Shown: in pieces, positions 9,196 to 20,200 of the stretch | Layout: every line of letters starts with the position of its first letter | Numbering within the stretch: the stretch's first letter is position 1 | Origin: Candidatus Latescibacterota bacterium | Lineage (GTDB): Bacteria > Krumholzibacteriota > Krumholzibacteriia > WVZY01 | Direction: 5' to 3' | DNA: 64,000 nucleotides | Assembly: GCA_011772205.1 (NCBI GenBank) | Contig: WVZY01000057.1 | Span: forward strand, 6,190-70,189 | Position numbers and translations under genes: made by a program | The notes under the pieces: generated by a model | The model's input: only the letters and a program-made list of their open reading frames with translations | Database searches by the model: none | What the model was told of the DNA's origin: nothing

Positions 9196-11203
9196 TCGAG
9201 ACACCACCAAGCTTCTCTATTTCACCTTTGGTCTTCATCAAGAAACGCTTAGCCTTGATATTGTTTGGTTCGATCTTCAGAGCCTTTTCCCAGCTTTCGA
9301 TAGCTTTATCGTATTGCTCCTGAGAGTAGAATTGCATTCCCACGAGAAGATATGCCTTTGTTAGTATGTTCGATACATCGTGAAAATCGGGATCAATGGT
9401 CCACAGCTCCAATAGTGAGCGAGTCGCTCTATCGAAATCACCTGCTTCAAAATAATCCATGCCTCTCTTATATCTCGTCTCCATCGCCGCAAGATCGACA
9501 TGTGGCTTTTCGCGCTCGACGGTGTCAGGCTTTCGTGGTATCTTCTGCTGCTCCTTACTTTGCGCCTCTGCGAGTGCTTCTTTATGCTTTTGCCTCAAGA
9601 TCTCGATCTCGGACATGATCATCTGGTCATTCGGTACATACATGAGAGCTTGCTCCAGGGCTTTGATGGCTTCATAGTACTCTTCCTTGCTCGCCAATGT
9701 CCTGGACCGCAGAGTGAGGCGCTGCTTGACATTCGCAATATTTACTTGAGCTTTCTGTCTGTACTCCTGAGCGAGAATATTCGTCGGCTGAATCTTCAGG
9801 ATCTCTTCGAAGGCAAGGAGAGCGTCCGAGAACCTTTGGTATGCGTACAGGTCGATCCCTTTCCTGAGGAGCTGATCGATTAGGAGCGCTTGATCTCGCG
9901 ATTCGGATAACCTCTGCTCGCAGGCTCGAATATGAGATGCTGCTGTCGAATCACCGGGGATGCTCATGAGCGCCTGCCTGAAATGATAGATAGCCTGCAA
10001 GCAGTCCGCTTCTTTCATGAAAGCGAGACCTTTGTTCAGGGAGATGTTGTATTTCGCTTTGACCAGGCGGTCGCGGGCATGTTCGTTTTCGGGATCCCAG
10101 TAAAGAACGATTTCGTATGATCCAATTGCATTTTCGTAATCTTTTTGTACAAAGAATCTGTCAGCTTTCTCGATGGAGCTGGTTATTTGTTCCTGCTCGA
10201 TCGAATCCATTTTTCTATTTATCTCGGCATTGATCTCTTCCTCAAGTTCTCGCCTTGCTTTTTCTCTCGTCTCATCCGTGGAAAGGCCGAATGATACCGA
10301 TAGAGAAATACGATGATTCGATCCGAGGTCTTCGTCTCTAAACGCATAGTCCACGGTGAGCATCCGATATGCCGCGCCGAGTCCGAAGGTAGGTGTCGTA
10401 TCGTCGATGCCCGCGCGCAGGAAGAAGCGGTCGAGTATTGTAATTTCCTCCCCGAACCTGAAAGAAAATGGGGAATACCTCGGATTTACCAAATCGATGG
10501 AGGTGATGAAGCTGACCTTGTCGAATTCTGATAGTGCGGATACTCCGAATACCACCCGCATTGGATCGGAGACTTTTTCCTGATCGAGTTTGACGGAAGG
10601 TTCTATGATGTTCTGTATGGCAAGGCCTTCTCGGAGTTCTTTGATGAAGCGCGTATTCTTGATCTGTTGGCTCGATGCTAATCCGACATCTATACCGACG
10701 CCTGAGCCGCTGAGTTCTCCGAAAGATTGATTGTCTATTTTCAAGTTAAAGCCGGCCGAGAAGCCAGAATGCACATTCTTGGCATATCCCAGCAAGATGC
10801 GGGTCTGGCTGTTTTTCAAATCACTTGACAATAGCTGATTGTTATCGTCTCTCTCTTCTATCCCGCTGATGTCCAGTCTGAGAATGCTTATACCCAGAGT
10901 GCCATAGTTCAGGGTGGGATGTGTGTAACTCACGGTATGGTAAAGTGACTTCGAGTCGAAAAGAACCGTACGGAAGAACTGAAACTGCTTCCACTTAATA
11001 TCGGCCAGCAATGCGGGATTGAAATACTGCACGGCGGGATCTCCCTTGAGGCTCGTATAGGCGAGTCCCATGCCGGAGGCCCTGGCTCCCACTCCGATAA
11101 CAAAAGGCAGCTCGGTCCCGTAAGAGTCGGCATGAGGCGCCCTCGGCATAGCTGCTGCCAAGATGACGCTGAGCCAGGCGACGCAAAGAGAGCGCTTTTT
11201 CAT
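9188..11203 (-). CDS. PorV/PorQ-like outer-membrane beta-barrel fused to C-terminal TPR array
   Basis: Signal peptide; GVGARASGMGLAY..DPAVQYFNPALLA (FadL/PorV-type N-terminus); amphipathic strands ending HRISLSVSF; several TPRs. ATG 11203 forms an ATGA overlap with the upstream stop. Confidence 0.8.
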   Translation of the reverse strand: MKKRSLCVAWLSVILAAAMPRAPHADSYGTELPFVIGVGARASGMGLAYTSLKGDPAVQYFNPALLADIKWKQFQFFRTVLFDSKSLYHTVSYTHPTLNYGTLGISILRLDISGIEERDDNNQLLSSDLKNSQTRILLGYAKNVHSGFSAGFNLKIDNQSFGELSGSGVGIDVGLASSQQIKNTRFIKELREGLAIQNIIEPSVKLDQEKVSDPMRVVFGVSALSEFDKVSFITSIDLVNPRYSPFSFRFGEEITILDRFFLRAGIDDTTPTFGLGAAYRMLTVDYAFRDEDLGSNHRISLSVSFGLSTDETREKARRELEEEINAEINRKMDSIEQEQITSSIEKADRFFVQKDYENAIGSYEIVLYWDPENEHARDRLVKAKYNISLNKGLAFMKEADCLQAIYHFRQALMSIPGDSTAASHIRACEQRLSESRDQALLIDQLLRKGIDLYAYQRFSDALLAFEEILKIQPTNILAQEYRQKAQVNIANVKQRLTLRSRTLASKEEYYEAIKALEQALMYVPNDQMIMSEIEILRQKHKEALAEAQSKEQQKIPRKPDTVEREKPHVDLAAMETRYKRGMDYFEAGDFDRATRSLLELWTIDPDFHDVSNILTKAYLLVGMQFYSQEQYDKAIESWEKALKIEPNNIKAKRFLMKTKGEIEKLGGVSNE

Positions 11204-14200
11204 CGGAGCACCCCTACTTTTCGTTTGAGGGTCGATTGTTGGCCACCCACAGCCCGAATCTCGAGGACGAGGTAATAAACTCCGTTGTTCACCACGTCTC
11301 CCTCGTCGTTTCGTCCATCCCATACGACATCCTGATGGAGCCCTGGATTCGAGAGTTTGTTGGACAGCAGCGTCTTAACCGGTGCTCCCCAAAGCGTGTA
11401 AAGCTCCAAAGTCACATAGGACTGATTGTCCAAGTAATAAGTGATCCTTGTTTCCTCTCTTCCAGCAGCAAATGGATTGGGATAATTGGTGAAGCCTTCT
11501 TTGTTGTCCGCACCGAGGATGTGCGCGGTCCCGCTCTTGAGTGGGTACCCCGTTCCACCGATCGTTCCAACCGACATCACCCCGCTCGTAGTTGCGTCTT
11601 CTACTGCAACGGAAGCGCTGTCCTCAATGACGAACCTGATATTCTCTCCGGCTGATTGTGTGCTAACATCCACATCGAAGAACAGCGTGTCGGTTGTGCC
11701 AGCGGTAACAACAATCAGTCCCGCTGGAATCGTGATCGATATCTCGCTATTGGTGATCTGACCGGTGGCGATCACGCTATCCTTGCTGGACAGATACGCG
11801 CCGGAAAGGAGTTGCGAAGGATCCAAAATTCGTCCCTTTATATTTTCGATTCTCACAGTGAGGGACCGGAATTCGATATCCGTTGAACCTTCCGGGTTAC
11901 CGTTTTGGATGAGGAGATCAAAAGCAGGAATCCCGGGTTGCACGGTGCTGATGTTACTCGGAAGTTTGGATTCCAGTCCGCAGAGGGCGAGGCTGCTCGG
12001 CAATCGTAACGCTCCGGGATTGGTGACGAGCGGGAAAGAGCCCGAGATCTCATAGATCCTGGAGCGGTCGTTCGAATCGAACAGCACAAGCTGATCTTTG
12101 TTGATCCGCATTTCGAATACTGCCGGCGTGTAAGAGCTTTTGGTATCCAGTACGATCTGCAGTGTCTCGGATGCCGCAGGGGCAACGGTGAGCGGAGGAT
12201 TGAGCGTGAGCTCGGCGATTGCGAAGCTGCTGCTCAGGGAGGAGTTGGTGGATAAAGTGTCGCCATTGTGCAGCAAACGCAGGTTGCTGAAATATCCTCC
12301 AGGGAAGAGCGGCGTTCCGCCAAGTTCTGAGAAGATGACGGCAATAGAGTCGAGCTCCACTGATGATGCCGATGAAGTATCTGAGTGGGTTAGGGCGATA
12401 TCCATTACGGGAATGGATTGCATCGACGGCAGGAGCGTCGGCGGGAGCGTGCTGAGATGTGAAACGGCCACTCCGGAAGCGGGAGTTTGGAATAACATCA
12501 TGGAGGATAACAACGGGAAGCCAGGAGAACCGCTTTTGGGAACTACCTTGATCAATTGGCCCGAGTTGAAGTCACGCGCTATGATGGCGAGTGGATCGTT
12601 CACGCTGAGATAGAAACCATCCGTCAGGGGAAATGCCTTCAGATCCACCAGGATATCGATATATTTTTCGCTCTGAGGCTGAAGAACGAGCGGGCTTCCT
12701 AAATTACACACAAGCTGGTTACCGGTTACCGGAATATCCTCGGTTGTATAAATGACTGAGCCCGACGTTGACAGGGATATCTTGCGTATGACTGCATTCG
12801 GGGGAATAGTTGCACCCGTTGTATCGTAAAAGCTCAGGGTTAGACGCGTCAGCAGCTCACTGGCTGATGTGAGATCACCACCGTTTAGCAACTCAAGCTG
12901 TAGTGGGGCGACGTTGTCCTGAGCAACGTTGGCGAAAACAGTGTCCGCTGCTGCGGCAGACACGAATAGTGTTTCGGCGGGTGCGTTGATATCGATATCG
13001 TTTGTTACCCATGGGAAAGACGCCTGCGAGGAAAGCGTGACGGCGGCGGAATCGTTCGAATCGATCACCCTGATATCATCGATTTGATCGATCCTGATTC
13101 TGAATGATGTGAATGCGGCACTATCTGAAAGCTGACAGAAAGCATCCAGAACGAGATCGTCCCAAGGTAAAACCGAGATGGACGGCTCGACATCCAATGT
13201 CACTGGATTCGTAGAAGAATCCACGAGCACGAACGTATGCTGGCCACTATTCGGATTTATGAGCGATAAGCTTTTGAGAATACTATTTGGTGGTAGAGGA
13301 GAAGCGGCACCATCTTCGAAGCTCAGAGTAAGTTTATCAAGCAAGGTGGTAGCGGAAAGGCTGTCGATAACGTCGTGTTTGCATTGAAGCTCGAACAGAT
13401 GCACGTTTTCCTGGCCGCGATTGGCACTGGTAGGGCTGAGATCGTTGAGAGCGATAAAAATATCGTGAGGTCTATTTTGGATTTGAGCGTCGTTCGAACA
13501 TGAAAATTCGGATATTTCCAAACTATCGCCGGTGAAAGCATTGCCGCAGAAGCTGATGTCGCCTGTGGATGCGGCCACATAGGTCCAAATGACCGTAGTA
13601 TCGGTTCCCGCTGGGAGATCGAATGAGCTGGCGGACGGACCGGTTTGGTAATTAACGACACCGGAGCCGGTTGTGCTTATGATCGAGGGTGAGATTTCTG
13701 ACAGAGGTGTTGCCCCCTCATTTCGAACCCTCATGGAAAGGACAATACTTTGACCCATGCTATAACTTGAGCGATCGGTATGGAGGGACGTGAGCAGGGG
13801 ATCTGTCGATATTGTTTGCTCGAACGGATTGACAATAGCAGCATCGATTGGACCGTCGTTTCCAGACGCCACCTGGATGCTATTAGTAGGGATTCTTGCC
13901 TGGAAAGTAGATTCGTCGGTAGCTACATTCGATACCGAGAACGTAACGTAGCATTTGAGACCCGATGACGGAATCGCCTCAGACAGTCCCGTAGGATTCT
14001 GCCAAGCGCTTCCATTCCAAACGAGGATGGAGAGGAATCGATCATCGGAAGAACTGAATCCCAAGGGATTCCCTCCGTCTTCCGCCCACAGCTTCAAAAT
14101 TATAATGTCCTGACCTGTCACCGCTGTCCCATTGTTCTGCACTGCGACAGACTTGAGGACATCAGTCAGCGTTCCGTTTGACGGAATAGTAAATGCAAGG

Positions 14201-17200
14201 GCAAGAACATCATCTTCGCCAAGGGCGGCGCGGTAAGGGGGAACCGGATCTGTGTTAATTTGCGCGGCAATCATCCCATCGGTGAAGTCCACACCGGGAG
14301 AATTGATCGGGAATTCACCTTGGATTTCGATCGAGCTGCTGGATAGGGTGATGTCAGCGCTTGAGTTTAGCTGAAGATTGAAGCTGACAGAATCCCTGAC
14401 TGCAAGGATCGCATCGTATGAGACGAACAGGTAGGTTATCCGTTTCGGACTCAGAGCCAGTCCGAGTGTATCGAGAGTGTAATAGTTGTTGTCGTGATGT
14501 CCAATTGCGAGGAGGCTGTCTGATGCAGGATCGAACAGTCCGTTCGAATCGATATCAGCAAAAGCATGAACCACCTCGATCTCACTGTTCACAACGGTTC
14601 CGGTCTGGAAAAGTTTGAGCGTCTCGACATTGAACGATGACGAATATCCGTTGTAAAAGCCTATACCAAAGTTGAGTTCATTCTTCGCGCCGGGATACAC
14701 GTATTTGTCACCTACGGAATAGGGGAATACCGTGAGCTCATTGGGCTTGGGTATCAATTGGATCGAGGGATTGATAACGGATGCATCGATAGGACCATCA
14801 TTTCCGGACGCCACCTCAATGCCTGAAGTAAGAATCTCGAACTGGATCGATGCACTGGTGGAGTACGTCGTATGGAGATCGGCCGCGGCGAAAAATCTCG
14901 TACGCTGCCCGCAAGGCATGGTGAGCGGTACGGCCATTGCTGGCATCAAATAAGTTTTGCTGCCCATATCAACAAAGTCGCCGAGGTAGCTGTCGTCACC
15001 CGAGCCTGTGTCGAATGTTCCATTGCCTCCATCGGCATACAAAGCCAGACGAGAGAAATGTTCCGAGTTCGCACTGCCCTGGTTGAAGATCTCGATGGAT
15101 TTCAACGTATCCAATTCGTAACCATTTGCCGGGATCGAGAAGTCGAGGACGAGAATATCGGTAATCTCAGTAACGATGAGACTGTCGGCAGTCGGAAAGA
15201 CTTTGATCTGATGAGCCAGCATGCCATTTATAACTAGCGGCTCCGGCGTTTCCAAGGGGAAGAACCCGACAATTGGCTTAGATGCGTCGAAATGCAGTGA
15301 TGAAGCGGATGGTATTTCTATTTTGAGCGTGTCGCCGTCACGTGCGCATGAGGAGTCGATGTCGCATGCAAAGAGTAGGTGGATGGTTTCACCGGCTGAG
15401 AGTGTCTTGGTGATGTTGCGAGCAACAAGAGATCCTCCCGAGAAAAGGAGGCTATCAGCCAGCAATTGATCCCATGCGTCTACGTTCCCATTGCCGTCGT
15501 CCGAATAGATCTTCAATCGCGCGATCTCTCCGTCCAGTTCGGCCGGTGCACCTGCGCCCGACGACATGTTCGACACGGACAACGAATCCAGCGTAAGGCT
15601 CTGCAGGGTGTTGTTATTGATGCTCGCCATTAAAATCGAAACATCCGCTGCACCAGGACGCGGCCAGCCGGCAGGGATCGGCTGGTTGGCAACTTCGATC
15701 TGTTCGATTCTTTTGATCGTATGAGTGGAATCTCCTGCTATTAGATAGTCGATGGGGCCGTCGTTTGCTGACATCACTCCAACGCCCTCGATGGGGATGG
15801 CCGGCCTGAAATGGTCTCCATCGTTTGCGTTGGTCGAGATGTCTGCAACGACGTAGAACTTGCGCGCAGCGCCCACAGGGATTTTGATCCCTGATATCTC
15901 GAAGCGGTCACCCGAGAAAACCATATTTCCAAGGGGGAGATCGACTCCAGGATCGAATACAGCATCCCCGTCATCCAGATAGAGCCGCAGCGCGCTGAAA
16001 TCTGCCGGAGAAAAATCTCCTGACACATCCATTACTGATAGTGCAGTGAGCGTATCCGCCTCATAACCGTTCTGCGGAAATGCAGCAGTGAGGAGCAGGT
16101 TGTCGGAAGCACCCGAACTAAGGGTGTCCAGGCTCGAAGGCGTCACAGAGATCTGATGCGAGACCATTCCGTCGATAACGAGGTACCCATAGGAGTTGAC
16201 GGGGTATAAAGGAGAAAAGTCCTCCAGTACATCGGTGCTATCCGTGAAAACGACATCGAAGGGAGATAGCAATATGGCATCCAGCTTGTCGCCGTCGCGG
16301 GCAAGAAAAGAGTCGATCGTCACTGCAACAAAGAGGTAGCTGGTATCCCCAGCAGGGATTGCCAATCCTCCGTTGATGGCGAAAGTAGTCCGCCCCGAAA
16401 CGAAGAAGGAAGTCGAAACGAGTGTGTCCGCTGCGGATAGCGTCCTGCTGGAATCCACATCATGATATAAAAAGAGCGAATCGAACTCGGCATCGAGTTC
16501 AAACTGCCCCCCTGGGCCGATAGTTGCATTCGTGACGATCAACGTGTCGAGGTAGCGGCTGCTTGAATATTGATTGTGGAATTCCAAAGCGAGAACCGCT
16601 TCATTGCTTGTTCCTGGATAAACGTCCTCCACGGATAGTGGAACCGCCTTGATGATGATCCTCGGGATATCGATATCGATGCTGTTCCGCCCGGCCGTTG
16701 ATATCGTATCGCTGTACGCTTTGCCATAGTCGTCCGTTCCGGCGAAGGTGATCGTGAGGTCGTATGTCGCGGGTGCAACAATTCCGGTTGGGACGGGAGA
16801 AGGGAGGAATGCGATGGTGAAATCATCCGCAGAAGGCGGTACATAAGTTGGATTCCCGAGCCTGGCCTGATATACTTTTGATCCATCCGTAAAGGAGATC
16901 GTCGAAGCGGTATCGAGCATCACGCCCACATTGGTCGAGTTGTCCATCCCGATGCGAAGCGCGAGCTGAGGATCCTCCACATTGGCTGTCGATGGGTACA
17001 GAGAATTGGGAGAATCTCTTAGAATCACGCGTTCTATCACGGTCACTTCGACGGAATCGCTGTTGTTGATAGTGTTCGGGTCTTCTTGATCAACGTTCGA
17101 GATCGAAGCGATGTTGGTGATCATGGAATCCACCGTTCCAGAATCGACGGTGGCCGTGATGATCAGCGTGGCGGTATCAGCGCCCGCGAGAACGCCCACG

Positions 17201-20200
17201 GTCCAGATCCCCGTGCCGCTAACATATGCCCCCTGGCTGGTTGTATCTGAATGGTATGTAACTCCCTGCGGAAGGAGATCCGTTACCTCGATTACTGCGG
17301 CGGTGTCCGGGCCATTGTTTATGAGCATGACGGTATAATTGAGAGAGTCGCCTTCATATGGCATCGTGACATCGGCTGATTTCACGATCTCGAGATCGGA
17401 GCTTTGAACGACGATATCGAACGACGCGATGTTGTTCGTCGTGTCTGGGTCGGCCTGATCGGCACCTAAGATTGTGGCGATATTTGTGATCGTTGAAGCA
17501 CCCGTTCCGGGATTGACAGTAGCGGTGAGCAGTAGAGTTGCGGAATCAGAGGAGGCCAGTGTGCCCACCGCCCAGACGCCCGTAGCACTCACATAGCTGC
17601 CCTGACTCGTTGTATCGGATTGGTACGTGATCCCAGCGGGCAAGAGGTCGGAAACTTCAATTCCCGTCGCAGTGTCCGGCCCCAGGCTGGCCAGCTTGAT
17701 GGTGTAAGTGAGCGTATCCCCAACACTTGGTGATGGGTTGTCGACGATCTTAGAGATTTCGAGATCCGCTCCTTGGACGGTGATGACTGTTGTGTCAATG
17801 TTGTTGATTGCATTCGTGTCAGGTTGATCGGAAGCTGTGATACCGGCAACATTGGTGATCATTGAACCGGCCGTTCCTGCATCGACGGTCCCATTGATTA
17901 CGAGTGTCGCGATTGCGGAATTCACGAGGGCGCCCACCGTCCAAAGCCCCGTACTGCTCGCGTACGTACCCTGGCTGGGGGCGTCGGCTAGATATGTCAC
18001 TCCCGCCGGTAGGAGGTCTGTTACTTCTACGCCCGTGGCATCGTCGGGTCCGTTGTTGGTTACTGTAATGGTGTAAGCGAGGGTGTCCCCTTCATTGGGT
18101 ATCGAGTCGTTCACCGCTTTTGCAATTGACAAATCCAGTGTTGCGGCATCGCGGAAGGCCACATAAAAATAAGCGTCGCCGTTTCTATTGACATCGTTGA
18201 GAGCTCCAATCTGGAAACCATCGGGCAGGAAGGTTTGAATGCCATCACTGAAAGCCGCACCGGGATCCATCGGCAGCGTATTGTCACCGGGTAGAGAAGA
18301 GGGTCGATGAACGGCCGGAGAGCCATTCGGACCACGCGTGAGGATCATATAACGGGGCTGCAGGCCAACTCCTGTAATATCTCGATTGTCCAACCCATTC
18401 CCCAGATACAGATTTTCGGCAATTCTGCCTGGTATTCTGTTCCATGCCACGCAGTGGTGGGCGATGCCTGTTTTATTGACCGTATTGTGACTGCCAATTT
18501 GGAATCCGGTTGGTTCGAAATTCTGTATCCTGTTGGTTCTTTCGTCGCTTGACTGGAAGGGTAGGCTTGCATCAAGCGGTTCGGAGGCAAACCGCTGCAT
18601 CGCATCTTCGCCATCCTCGCTCATTATGATCACATAAGCAGGGGAAAACCCGACGCTGCCGATGCTCCGGTTGTCCGTGCCGTTACCAACGTACGAATCC
18701 ACCACCATCTGCCCCGGAGCTGCGAGAAATGCGGTCCAGTAGTAGGTGACTCCTGGCGCGTTCACCTGTGCTCCCGAGCCAATCCTGAATCCATTCGGCA
18801 TAAAGGTGGTAATGAGATTGCTCAGCAACGCTGAGTTTGTCCCAAGCTCCTTGGAAACATCTCCGACCATCGTGGACGTCCTGGCCACCGCTGGTTCATC
18901 GTTGTCTCCTTTGATGATCACGAGATCTGGCCAAAACTGGAGGCCTGTTATCGGATGATTGTTGGATCCATCCCCCAGATAGCTGCCCGTGACTATCTGG
19001 AAGTCTTCATATTGAACAGAGATGTTGGCGGTGTCGAAGTTGTTGGCACTATTCGTATCTGCCTGATCAACGGCGATGAGTGTTGCCGTGTTGACAATGA
19101 TAGTCCCCAGCGTTCCCAAGTTCACGGTGGCGACAATATCCAACGTTGCGCTACCGCCGTTAGAGATAGCACCGACAATCCACCTGCCGGTAACGCTGCT
19201 GTAACCACCTTGGCTGGGAGTATCGGAGACATACGTAACTCCCGCCGGGAGCAGATCCAGGACTTCGACGCCTGTCGCATCGCCGGGGCCGTTATTTGTC
19301 AGTGTGACCGTGTAGGTGACGGTGTCCAATTCGCTGGGAACCGGATTATCGACGATCTTGGCGACCGCCAGGTCGAGGGCTGGTGCGGTGCGGAAAGCCA
19401 CCCAATAGAATTTTTCTCCATTATCATTGACGGCAACGTCCGAACCAATTTGGAACCCATCGGGCAAGAATGCCTGGATGCTGTTGCTAAGCGCGCTGTT
19501 CCCCGGAATAAGGAAACAAAAATCTCCTACGAGGGAGGCGGGACGATGAAAAGCCGCGTAATTGCTGCCGTCATGCTTGATTAGCATGTATTCGGGTTGA
19601 AAACCGACTCCGGTGATATCCCGGTCATCGGATCCATCTCCCGTGTAGTCATTGCCCGCTATTTTCCCCGGCGATACTTTCCAAGCCGCGTAATGGAAGG
19701 CGACCGACGATTGGTTGACATTTGGATGTGACCCAACCTGGAAGCCGCTGGGTTCGAATGCCTGGATCAAGTCGGGTTCTTCGGCGGCTGGAGTGAATTG
19801 TATGCTTCGATCGCCTGTCTGTGTGGGGAATCGCTGAATGGCCTGGCGTGGCGATTCACTCATTACGATTACGTAATCAGGTTGGAATCCGACGGTCGGG
19901 ATACTCCGATCGTCACTGCCATCACCAAGATAAGATCCGACTGCCAGCTCGTTCGGTGCTGCTTTGAACGCAATCCAGTAAAAGTCAATCCCCGGCTCGT
20001 TGACTTGGAAATCCGATCCAATCGTGAAGCCGTCGGGGTCCAGCGATTGAATTCTATTGCCCACTAGGCCTGTTCCGGCTCCGAGTGCTTTCGAAGTATC
20101 ACCCATCATGCTGGATGAGCGCGTGATAGTGGATTCGTTGTTATCTCCTTTGATGATAACGAGATCGGGCTTGAAGCCAATACCTGTTATAGGGGTGTTA

